Positions 56,614 to 64,000 of a DNA stretch of 64,000 bases are shown in pieces. The notes under the pieces were generated by a model. It was not told where the DNA came from, did not search any database, and was given only the letters and a program-made list of their open reading frames with translations. Location of the stretch: NCBI GenBank assembly GCA_049976425.1, contig JBMFIG010000005.1:22644-86643 (forward strand), given 5' to 3'. Position 1 is the stretch's first letter. The number at the start of each line of letters is the position of its first letter. A program made the position numbers and the translations under genes. This stretch comes from Thermoproteus sp. GTDB taxonomy: Archaea > Thermoproteota > Thermoprotei > Thermoproteales > Thermoproteaceae.

Positions 56614-57306
56614 GTGGAGCGGCTTGAGAAGGTCAGATTACAGCTGGACGGGGTAAACGTACTGAGATCCGTCAAGAGGTTGCTGGGCTTGACGTACAAG
56701 GAGCTCTCGTCTCTGTTAGGCCTACCCGAGAGCGTGCTCTCGCGCTACTACACAGGCGATATGTTGCCCTCTGTCGAGACGGCGTCCGAGATCGTCGAGA
56801 GGCTCTTCGCCGAATATCCGCTGGACAAGATACTCTCGAAGACGTTGCGCGTGTACGAGACCTACGTCGACCTAACAGCGACGTACAACCCCGATCTGTG
56901 GACGCTCTACTCCATATATATAGCCAAGAAGTTCGGGGGCTTGAAGATCGACAAGGTGCTCACGGCGGCTGTCGACGGCATACCCCTTGCAGTGGCCGTG
57001 GCGCAGAGGTTCGAGGCGCCGCTGGTAGTGGCGAAGCAGTACAAGGAGCCTGGGGCCAAGAGCTTGGAGGTGTCCTATATAAAGGGCAATAGGGTCGTGT
57101 CGCTGTACGTGCCGCAGGGCCTTCTGGCCAAGGGCGACTCGGTGCTCATAATCGACGACGTGGTTAGGACAGGCAAGACTATAAGGGCGTTGGCGGATCT
57201 GGCCGAGGCGGCCGGTAGCGAGGTCGCGGCGGCGGCCGCCCTCCTCGCCTTCAGGGGATTCTCCGAGAAGTTCGAGTTCCCGGTGGATATAGTGCTGACG
57301 ATCTAA
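56614..57306 (+). CDS. HTH-phosphoribosyltransferase (PurR-like) protein
   Basis: TYKELSSLLGLPESVLSRY HTH; TAAVDGIPLA; VLIIDDVVRTGKT PRPP loop. Confidence 0.88.
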   Translation: MERLEKVRLQLDGVNVLRSVKRLLGLTYKELSSLLGLPESVLSRYYTGDMLPSVETASEIVERLFAEYPLDKILSKTLRVYETYVDLTATYNPDLWTLYSIYIAKKFGGLKIDKVLTAAVDGIPLAVAVAQRFEAPLVVAKQYKEPGAKSLEVSYIKGNRVVSLYVPQGLLAKGDSVLIIDDVVRTGKTIRALADLAEAAGSEVAAAAALLAFRGFSEKFEFPVDIVLTI

Positions 57307-57318
57307 TAGCCCGGACCC

Positions 57319-57370
57319 TCAGCCCTCCAGGTGTTCCTCAAAACTCGGCCGTCCCGAACGCCGTCATCAC
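57319..57370 (-). ncRNA. C/D box sRNA
   Basis: Minus strand: GTGATGA-cggcgttcgggacgg-CCGA-gtt-TTGAGGA-acacctggaggg-CTGA, flanked by CCC/GGG terminal stem. Confidence 0.82.
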
Positions 57371-57393
57371 GGGGCCGCAGCCCGGCTGACCGA

Positions 57394-57798
57394 TCACTGG
57401 GCGAGCTCCTGTTGTTGCTTGAGGTACTGCTCCACTATGTCGTACCCGTAAATGGCCTTGAACATCTCCCTACCCTCGGGCGTCATCTGCGTGGGGTCCC
57501 ACGGCCTCTCGAAATCCACATCCACCTCGACGTCCTTCGCCTCGGGCACGACCGACTGCACCGCGAGGCCCACCTCGTTCGCGAGCGAGGAGGCCACCGG
57601 ACAGCCGACCGCCGTGAAGGTCATGACTATCTTCAACGTCCCGTCCTCGCCTAAAGTGATCTCCCGAATAAGGCCGAGGTCGTACACGTTTATGGGTATC
57701 TCCGGGTCGTAGATATTTCGCAGTATCTCCACCAGTTGCTTGACCTTCTCAGGAGGCAGATTTGTCTTGAAGACCACCCCGTTTCCGCTCGGCTCCAT
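57394..57798 (-). CDS. DUF59/SufT-like Fe-S cluster assembly factor
   Basis: IYDPEIPINVYDLGLI, TFTAVGCP, PWDPTQM. Confidence 0.92.
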   Translation of the reverse strand: MEPSGNGVVFKTNLPPEKVKQLVEILRNIYDPEIPINVYDLGLIREITLGEDGTLKIVMTFTAVGCPVASSLANEVGLAVQSVVPEAKDVEVDVDFERPWDPTQMTPEGREMFKAIYGYDIVEQYLKQQQELAQ

Positions 57799-57845
57799 GG
57801 CGTAATATTCGTTTCATCTTTATTTAGTTAAGCCCCAGGAGGCCC

Positions 57846-58412
57846 ATGTACGCCGAGTATAAGGGCAAGTTCTACAGGCCGCTCCACCCGAGGCCCACCG
57901 TCGTCGTGGTCTCCAAATGCCCCGACGGCAAGATAAACGCCATGCCGGCCAGCTGGAACATGCCCGTCTCCGAGGAGCCCCCCACGATAGCCGTGGCGGT
58001 GGACAGATCGGCCTACACGTTCCAATGTTTAGAGCACTCCGGAGAGGCCACGATAAACGTGGCGCCCGCCGACATGGCCGACCTGGCCTACGCCCTCGGA
58101 TCGGTCAGCGGCAGAGACGTGGATAAGGTATCGGCGTTCCGGCTCAAGCTGTTGCCCAGCGACGTCGTCGAGGCGCCGGGGCTCGACGGATCCATCGCGA
58201 TATACGAGTCCAAGATAACGGCGAAGCTAGACGTCGGCGAGGTGAGGCTCTACGTCTTCGAGGTGCTTAAAGTCAAGGCGGCGCAGGGGCTCGTCGACGA
58301 GTGGGGGCCCGTCCTCGAGAAGACGAACTTGTTGCTCCACGGAGCGGGCAGAGTCTTCTATAAGGTAGATCCCAGAAAGATATGGGCCAAAAAACCGGCG
58401 GGCCGCCCATAG
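57846..58412 (+). CDS. Flavin reductase-like (flavoredoxin) protein
   Basis: HPRPTVVV, NAMPASWNMPVSEEPP, GSVSGRDVDK. Confidence 0.88.
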   Translation: MYAEYKGKFYRPLHPRPTVVVVSKCPDGKINAMPASWNMPVSEEPPTIAVAVDRSAYTFQCLEHSGEATINVAPADMADLAYALGSVSGRDVDKVSAFRLKLLPSDVVEAPGLDGSIAIYESKITAKLDVGEVRLYVFEVLKVKAAQGLVDEWGPVLEKTNLLLHGAGRVFYKVDPRKIWAKKPAGRP

Positions 58413-58586
58413 GGCTCGAGAGGCCGGACGTCGAGGGCCCCGTGGAACGTCTGCATCGTTTTAGGCCTACGAAGAACGCCGATATATACGCTGAGGATCC
58501 TCCGTCCTATAAAGCGATGTTGGTGTTGCTTTGAGGAGAGAGTGCTGTGGGCTTAGGCGCGTATGAGGTGTTGGGGAGTATAATAG

Positions 58587-58671
58587 TGCGGGGGGTGGGA
58601 TTTGAACCCACGCAGGCCTACGCCACAGGGACCTGAACCCTGCCCCTTTGACCTGGCTCGGGCACCCCCGC
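58587..58671 (-). tRNA. tRNA-Leu(CAG)
   Basis: Same as the tRNA at 51908 except anticodon CAG; CCA not encoded. Confidence 0.96.
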
Positions 58672-58998
58672 CGAAAAACCACACCACAGCGACTTAAAAG
58701 TTTTACCTCTGCATCGTCACGGCAGTGGAGAAACTAGGTCCTAAAACTGGGATACAGTCGGGCGGGCTGATCTGAAGATAGGGATGAGGTGGGTCGCTCA
58801 GCCCCTGGTACACACTGGCGCATATAGGCCTTGCCGACGTCGGATAAATGTCCCAGACGGCTTGGAGATCAAGCTCTCGCGACAATCCCCTACCGCCGTA
58901 GAACGGCTTGGATCCTAAGCACGGCGGCTAAGAAGCCGCGGAGTAAAGCCCGGATCGGCGGTTCTGCATTGTTTTTATTCTAGGCCTAATTATCGTTC

Positions 58999-59217
58999 GT
59001 GGACGTGCTGGACTATCTACAGAAGAAGGGCGTGAAGTTCTACGCCTACAAGGCCGGCGGGCTCACCATAGCGTATGTAATGGACGGCGAGGTGGACGCC
59101 GAGCCGGAAAAAACGGTGAGGGCCGGCGGCCACGTCTTTATGTATTTCGGCAATGTGGTGTTGGTCAAGCGCGAAGCAACTTCTCAAGCTCCAGGAGGTC
59201 CTTCAGCTCGAGCTTGA
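58999..59217 (+). CDS. Small hypothetical protein, 72 aa
   Basis: GTG after TTTTTATT box; 3' end overlaps rpoK. Confidence 0.6.
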   Translation: MDVLDYLQKKGVKFYAYKAGGLTIAYVMDGEVDAEPEKTVRAGGHVFMYFGNVVLVKREATSQAPGGPSARA

Positions 59218-59509
59218 TGGTCTTCCCGTCGGGGAGCTGTCTGACTATCGAGAAGTTCAGCTTGCCCTGTCTGAACTCCTCCATGGCGATCAAGACGGGG
59301 TCCTTCGTGCCGAGCGAGTTTATGTCCACTAGAGGCTGGGCGCCCATGGCCAGCTGTAGCGCGCGGGCCGCGACGACTCTGGCCACCTCGAACCTCGTCA
59401 ACCTCGGCGGGTAGAGGGATCGATCCACCAAGGCGGATCTGAGGGCTTGGATGAGCTTCTCGATTCTATCGACAAGCTCTGGAGGAGAAAGCTTACTCTC
59501 CATCGCCAC
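59165..59509 (-). CDS. rpoK: RNA polymerase subunit Rpo6
   Basis: LTRFEVARVVAARALQLAMGA, IAMEE, IVRQLPDG. Confidence 0.94.
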   Translation of the reverse strand: MAMESKLSPPELVDRIEKLIQALRSALVDRSLYPPRLTRFEVARVVAARALQLAMGAQPLVDINSLGTKDPVLIAMEEFRQGKLNFSIVRQLPDGKTIKLELKDLLELEKLLRA

Positions 59510-59557
59510 GAGGTCCGGGAGGAGTACTAAAATTTTGTGCCGCGTAAAAAGAGGGGG

Positions 59558-61204
59558 TTAGTCGGTCTTGCTCTCGCCCTCTTCCTCCTTCTTCTCGCCC
59601 TTCTTCTCCTCCTTCTTCGGGGCGCCGGCGGCTATGATGTCGTCTATGCGGAGCACCATTATGGCGGCCTCCGTGGCGGACCTCAGCACGTTCTGCTTCA
59701 CCAGCAACGGATCCCAGACGTTGAGGGCGGCCATGTCGGCCACCTTGCCGTTCAAGACGTCGACGCCAGCGGACACCTCGCCGTTGTCGTGCCTGCGCCT
59801 CAGCTCGGCTATGGCGTCGACCGGGTCGAGGCCCGCCGTCAGCGCCAGTATTGTGGGTATGCCCTCGAGGGCGTCGGCGAACTTGAGGGCGGCCAGCTGC
59901 TCCTTGCCGGGGAGCTTCCTGGCGAACTCCCTAACCCTCCTGGCGAGCTCCATCTCGAAGGCGCCGCCGCCCGGCACTATCTTGGGCATTCTGAACAAGT
60001 CCCTAGCCACGTGCAGGGCGTCCTGCATCGACCTCTCCACCTCGTCGAGCACGCGGTCGCTACCGCCTCTCACCAGGATAGTGACGGCCTTCGGGTTCTG
60101 CACCTTCTCCACGAACACCATCTTCTCCTCGCCGACCTTCCTCTCCTCGACCAGCCCGGCGGAGCCCAGATCCTCGGCCTTGGCGTCCTTGATGCTGGTG
60201 ATTATGCGGGCGCCCGTGGCCCTAGCCAGCTTCTCTATGTCGGAGCGCTTCACGCGCCTCACGGCCATGATGCCGCGTTTGGCCAAGAAGTGCTGGGCCA
60301 CCTCGTCTATGCCCTTCTGGGTGATCACCACGTTGGCGCCTATCTCGGCCAGATGGTCGACGTACTTCTTGAGTATGTCGGCCTCCTGGTCTAGGAAGGC
60401 CTTTATCTGGTCGGGGGAGCTGACGCTGATCTTGGTCGTCCACTCGGGCTTCTCGATCTCCAGAGGGGCGTCGAGCACGGCGATCTTGGCGTTCTCGACG
60501 CGCTTCGGCATGCCGGGGTGGACGACCTCCTTGTCGAGGACGATGCCCTGCACCAGCTGTGTCTCGTACAGCGACTTGCCCTTCTTCTTCTCTATCTTGA
60601 TCCAGTCCAGGTCGAGGTAGGGCGTGCCGTTCCTCTGCTCCACGGCCTGGAACGCCGCGTCCACGGCTATGCCGGCCAGGTAGTCCTTGGCCTCCGAGAC
60701 TATCTTGCTGCTCAGCGAGTTTATGACGACTCTGGCCATCTCCTCCTTGGTCAGCTGTATGGGCCTAGCTATCTCCTCGGCCACCTTGGCCGCGAAGTCC
60801 GACGCCTTCTTGAAGCCGTCGATTATTATAGTCGGGTGTATGCCCTCCTCCAGGAGCTCCTCGGCGGCCGTCAGAAGCCTCCCGGCAAGGACCACCACGG
60901 TGGTGGTGCCGTCGCCGACCTCGGCGTCTTGGGCCTTGGCCACCTCTATGAGCAGTTTAGCCGCGGGGTGCTGTATCTCCATCTCTTTCAATATGGCGGC
61001 GCCGTCGCCGGTGATGGTCACGTCGCCGAAGGCGTCGATCAACATCTTGTCCATGCCGCGGGGGCCGAGCGACGTGGCGAGGATCTCGGAGATGACCTTG
61101 GCCGCTTGTATGTTCGAACGCCTGGCGTCCTCGCCGGTGGTGCGCTGGGATCCCTCCTTCAGGATCATTACCGGAACTCCGCCAGCTCTTGGAGCTTGTG
61201 CCAT
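59558..61204 (-). CDS. ths: Thermosome (group II chaperonin) subunit
   Basis: [32 protein letters not shown]. Confidence 0.97.
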   Translation of the reverse strand: MAQAPRAGGVPVMILKEGSQRTTGEDARRSNIQAAKVISEILATSLGPRGMDKMLIDAFGDVTITGDGAAILKEMEIQHPAAKLLIEVAKAQDAEVGDGTTTVVVLAGRLLTAAEELLEEGIHPTIIIDGFKKASDFAAKVAEEIARPIQLTKEEMARVVINSLSSKIVSEAKDYLAGIAVDAAFQAVEQRNGTPYLDLDWIKIEKKKGKSLYETQLVQGIVLDKEVVHPGMPKRVENAKIAVLDAPLEIEKPEWTTKISVSSPDQIKAFLDQEADILKKYVDHLAEIGANVVITQKGIDEVAQHFLAKRGIMAVRRVKRSDIEKLARATGARIITSIKDAKAEDLGSAGLVEERKVGEEKMVFVEKVQNPKAVTILVRGGSDRVLDEVERSMQDALHVARDLFRMPKIVPGGGAFEMELARRVREFARKLPGKEQLAALKFADALEGIPTILALTAGLDPVDAIAELRRRHDNGEVSAGVDVLNGKVADMAALNVWDPLLVKQNVLRSATEAAIMVLRIDDIIAAGAPKKEEKKGEKKEEEGESKTD

Positions 61205-61276
61205 GGCTTGACATAATTAGCGTCTATAAAAGCTTTTCTCCGCAAAATTATTTTAGAGGGGGCCACCGCCACGGCA

Positions 61277-61795
61277 ATGGGCGAGGCCGAGAAGTGGATA
61301 CAAGACGTCTTCGTATTCGCCGCGATACTCTTTGTCGTGTTCTTCGTTGCGAAATACGTGCTACACGTCTCCTGGCCCTTCGCAGTTGTCTCCTCGTGGT
61401 CCATGATGCCCGACCTCCGCGTAGGCGATTTCGTGGTCTTGACGGGGGCAGGAAGCTGTCCTAACATCGGCGACGTGGTCGTCTACGTCGCGTCGCTCCC
61501 CTTCCCGCCCGGCGAATGGATAATACACAGGGTGATCGCCGTAGGGCCCGGCTGCTCCCTGGCGACGAAGGGCGACAACTCCATCACCAACCCCATATCC
61601 GACCAGCAGTACGGCGAGCCGCCTGTAACTCCCGACAACATAGTGGGCAAGGCCGCGTTGGTGGTGCCCTACATAGGGGTATTCCCCCTCATAGTCAGGC
61701 CGCAGAGCGCCGCCGGCTCCGGGCTCTGGCTGATGAGGCTCGGCGTATTCCTTATGCTTATAGCGGCCTACTACGCGGCGTTCAAACGCCTATAG
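61277..61795 (+). CDS. Signal peptidase I (Sec11-type)
   Basis: VSSWSMMPDLRVGD, IIHRV, TKGDN, NIVGK. Confidence 0.9.
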   Translation: MGEAEKWIQDVFVFAAILFVVFFVAKYVLHVSWPFAVVSSWSMMPDLRVGDFVVLTGAGSCPNIGDVVVYVASLPFPPGEWIIHRVIAVGPGCSLATKGDNSITNPISDQQYGEPPVTPDNIVGKAALVVPYIGVFPLIVRPQSAAGSGLWLMRLGVFLMLIAAYYAAFKRL

Positions 61796-61797
61796 CG

Positions 61798-62484
61798 TCA
61801 CTGGCCGTATTTGTAGCAGATCTGCCCCCCGCAATCCGTCGGCTTCAAGACGCCGTCTCTCTTAAGCCGCTCCAGCGCCTCTCTGAAATACAGGAACCTC
61901 TCCTCGAGGAGCTCGTTCCCGTACCACTCCACGAACTTCTCCATTAGTCTGTCCAGAGTCCACAACTGCTGTTTCTCCTCCCTCAACATACGCACTATAA
62001 AGCTCGACATATCTTCGAGGGCCGTCCACGGGTATTGGTACCAGTACCAGTCGCGCACCTCCACGGCGTAGTAGTCCGGCACGAACTTGGTGGTGCTCGT
62101 GATTACCTGAAGGGCCGCGGTCTTGACGGACTTCGGCCTACAGCACCTCTCCACGACCTCCTTCGCCAAGACGACGCTGTCGCCCGTGTCGACTATGTCG
62201 TCCATGACGAGGACGTTCTTGCCGGAGAGATCGACGGAAAGCCCGTATTTGACGTAGGCCTTCTCGGCGACTTGCGCCGCGCCCGGCCAGTGCACGACCT
62301 GGACGCTGAGGAGGTCCTGGACGCCTAGGAAGTCGCAGAGGAGCCTCGCCGGGACGTAGCCGCCTCTAGCTATAGCCACGACCACGTCGGGCGACCAGCC
62401 GCTGGATCTTATATTCTCGGCGAGCTTCCTCGCCCACGACACTATCTCGTCCCACTTGACCACCTTGACAGGCACCTTCGGCAC
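61798..62484 (-). CDS. Purine phosphoribosyltransferase (HGXPRT-like)
   Basis: VAIARGGYVPAR, VLVMDDIVDTGDS, PDYY, YPW. Confidence 0.88.
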   Translation of the reverse strand: MPKVPVKVVKWDEIVSWARKLAENIRSSGWSPDVVVAIARGGYVPARLLCDFLGVQDLLSVQVVHWPGAAQVAEKAYVKYGLSVDLSGKNVLVMDDIVDTGDSVVLAKEVVERCCRPKSVKTAALQVITSTTKFVPDYYAVEVRDWYWYQYPWTALEDMSSFIVRMLREEKQQLWTLDRLMEKFVEWYGNELLEERFLYFREALERLKRDGVLKPTDCGGQICYKYGQ

Positions 62485-62525
62485 TTACCCCCAAGACATC
62501 CACTCCTTTTATATATTGCCCCGCC

Positions 62526-63527
62526 CTATTTACAAGGACGCAACGCCACGAAGGTATACAAGTCCGAGCACACCGGCCTCCCCCTGAACTCGAAATCCCA
62601 CGTCCTGACCACCGCGCAGTCCGCGTCCACGCAGATGTTGAAATAGAGATCCCCCACGACGCATCTATCGCCGTCGCACGAGGCGTAGGCGCCTCTGATC
62701 CTCCCGCCGGAGGCCATGACGTTCAAGTTAGAGGCGGTGAACGGGCGGCCCCCCGACGAGAACAACACCGCGAAGCCCCCCATCAGCCTCGCCACGAGAT
62801 ACGGCAGAGCCCGCAGAATCCCCACGTCCAGGGCAACGCCGCCGGGGACCGCGAAGGGGTCCAACGCCGAGTAGAGCCCCAGGAGGAGCATCCACGAGTC
62901 GCCGTCTAGGGGAAGATCCCAGCTCAAGGCCGAGTACAAGCCGTACCGCATAGCCACCGCGAACCCCCTCCAGCTCCTGTCGACGAGCCTCAAGGCGTCG
63001 CCGAACCTCAAGAGGCCTAGGACCGCCCGCGTCCACTCGTCGAGGTCCGAGAAAGCCGACGGGTCGTAGGCCGCCAGCTCCCTCAAGCCGCGCGAGGCGA
63101 AGTAGCGGTCCACATAGCCGCAGACGCCGCCGGCAAGACGCGGGGCCTTCCTGTAGTATATATCCCAGAGGGTCGCGGAGCCCCGCACGAGCGAGTAGAG
63201 GTAGCGGGCGAGGCAGTCGCCTCTATTGAGCGCGTTCGTGGCGTGGAGCTCGGCTATCCTCAACGCGTCCGATAGACCCGGGGCGAAGGCCGCCCTGTAT
63301 ATAAACCTAGGCCTCCTGCGCGCCTCGCCGCAGAGCTCGACCCCGCCGACCTTGACAGGGCATTTAACCGCGTATGTGAACGCCAGAGGCCTGCCGCCCA
63401 CCAGCACCTCCCCGCCCCTCACCGAGACCTCCCCCGGCACGAAGGACGAGCCGAGCTTGGCGCCGTCGCGCCTCAGCTCCAGGACAAGGCCGTTGCCGAG
63501 ATCCACCGACATCTCGACGTCGAACAC
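62526..63527 (-). CDS. Hypothetical protein, 333 aa
   Basis: Long ORF with GTG start after a TTTTTAA box. Confidence 0.7.
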   Translation of the reverse strand: MFDVEMSVDLGNGLVLELRRDGAKLGSSFVPGEVSVRGGEVLVGGRPLAFTYAVKCPVKVGGVELCGEARRRPRFIYRAAFAPGLSDALRIAELHATNALNRGDCLARYLYSLVRGSATLWDIYYRKAPRLAGGVCGYVDRYFASRGLRELAAYDPSAFSDLDEWTRAVLGLLRFGDALRLVDRSWRGFAVAMRYGLYSALSWDLPLDGDSWMLLLGLYSALDPFAVPGGVALDVGILRALPYLVARLMGGFAVLFSSGGRPFTASNLNVMASGGRIRGAYASCDGDRCVVGDLYFNICVDADCAVVRTWDFEFRGRPVCSDLYTFVALRPCK

Positions 63528-63557
63528 GCCGGTAGGTCGGCCGGCGTTAAAAAGATA

Positions 63558-63604
63558 TCAGCGTTCAAATCCCTCACCACCGCTCAGCCATCGCCTCTCT
63601 TCAC
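63558..63604 (-). ncRNA. C/D box sRNA predicted to guide tRNA Cm56
   Basis: Minus strand: GTGAAGA-gaggcgatgg-CTGA-gcg-GTGGTGA-gggatttgaacg-CTGA; D guide is antisense to tRNA T loop GUUCAAAUCCC. Confidence 0.9.
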
Positions 63605-63689
63605 CGAAAGACAAAGCGCGGAGGTTTTTATCCTTACCGCCGAGTCGGTCCCGCGAAGGCGCGATAGGCAGAGGAGTCCGGCCAAGAAG

Positions 63690-63787
63690 CGCCGGGGGTG
63701 GGATTTGAACCCACGCCCCCTCGCGGGGACGGGATGTCTTGCTCCAGGTCTCGAGTCCCGCGCCTTGGGCCGCTCGGCCACCCCGGC
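63690..63787 (-). tRNA. tRNA-Ser(CGA) with 14-nt intron at 37/38 (63736-63749)
   Basis: GCCGGGG/CCCCGGC stem, CGGGA-CT-CGA-G[acctggagcaagac]A-TCCCG, long variable arm. Confidence 0.92.
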
Positions 63788-63896
63788 CGGATCCCCCTAG
63801 GCCGAGATATTTAATCTTTTCTGCGCCGCCTCCGCCCGGCATCAAGGCCGGCGACATATGGCGCAAAACTTTTAACTTCCGGACTTGGCAGTCTCG

Positions 63897-64000
63897 GCGG
63901 CGGTAGTCTAGCCTGGTTTAAGGGGCCCGGACGGGGGATTAAGGGCCCCGACTAGGGATGGCGGCCTCCCAAGCCGCTGATCCCGGGTTCGAATCCCGGC
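63897..64000 (+). tRNA. tRNA-Gly(CCC) with 35-nt D-loop intron (63921-63955); 3' end beyond the window
   Basis: GCGGCGG-TA-GTCTAGCCTGGTTTA[intron with GGGGCCC/GGGCCCC stem]GGATG-GCGGC-CT-CCC-AA-GCCGC; GGTTCGAATCC. Confidence 0.9.

Noticed and set aside
58420-58500. Partial C/D pattern (CGAAGA...CTGA) after the flavin reductase gene
   Set aside because: No convincing C or D' box
51908-58671. tRNA-flanked block as an integrated element
   Set aside because: Repeats are inverted complete tRNAs, the contents are housekeeping genes, and there is no integrase or compositional shift
59537-61216. Long plus-strand ORFs (350, 285 and 232 aa) antisense to the thermosome gene
   Set aside because: Shadow ORFs produced by strong G/C-ending codon bias; no recognisable motifs
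63563-63573. GTTCAAATCCC near the tRNA-Ser 3' end as a possible att-site duplication
   Set aside because: Only 11 nt, in opposite orientation to the tRNA, no integrase nearby, and fully explained as a C/D guide
63558-63866. ORFs over tRNA-Ser (and those at 51798-52100 and 58467-58682 over tRNA-Leu)
   Set aside because: They are translations of tRNA and sRNA genes
1-64000. CRISPR arrays, IS elements, rRNA, RNase P or SRP RNA
   Set aside because: No regularly spaced repeats, transposase motifs or diagnostic RNA motifs were recognised

Overview
GC-rich core-genome segment of a Thermoproteales crenarchaeon, most like Thermoproteus/Pyrobaculum (inferred from gene content, GTG/leaderless starts, split operons, tRNA introns and C/D sRNA density). 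It carries the rpoH-rpoB-rpoA1-rpoA2-rpl30e-nusA-rps12-rpoD-rpl18e-rpl13-rps9-rpoN-Sm-mat block, a partial ATP synthase operon (atpF-E-A), radA, udg, nfi, thermosome, archaeal lipid genes (carS, a Grs-like radical SAM, GGR, GGGPS, IMPase), four tRNAs (two with introns) and about eight C/D box sRNA candidates. No integrase, transposase or CRISPR array was seen. The main unexplained signals are: (1) a CdvA-like PRC-barrel/coiled-coil gene in a lineage thought to lack Cdv and FtsZ division systems; (2) sharp 60-300 bp AT-rich islands (about 8-14% GC at their cores) inside ordinary housekeeping genes; (3) C/D guides pointing at tRNA C56, tRNA G10, the 23S peptidyl-transferase loop and possibly the 16S anti-Shine-Dalgarno tail; (4) a triple C2H2 zinc-finger gene coupled to carS; (5) two small ORFs missed by the ORF track; (6) an apparent homopolymer frameshift at the start of proC. 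All family calls come from recognising motifs by eye; no database search was run.
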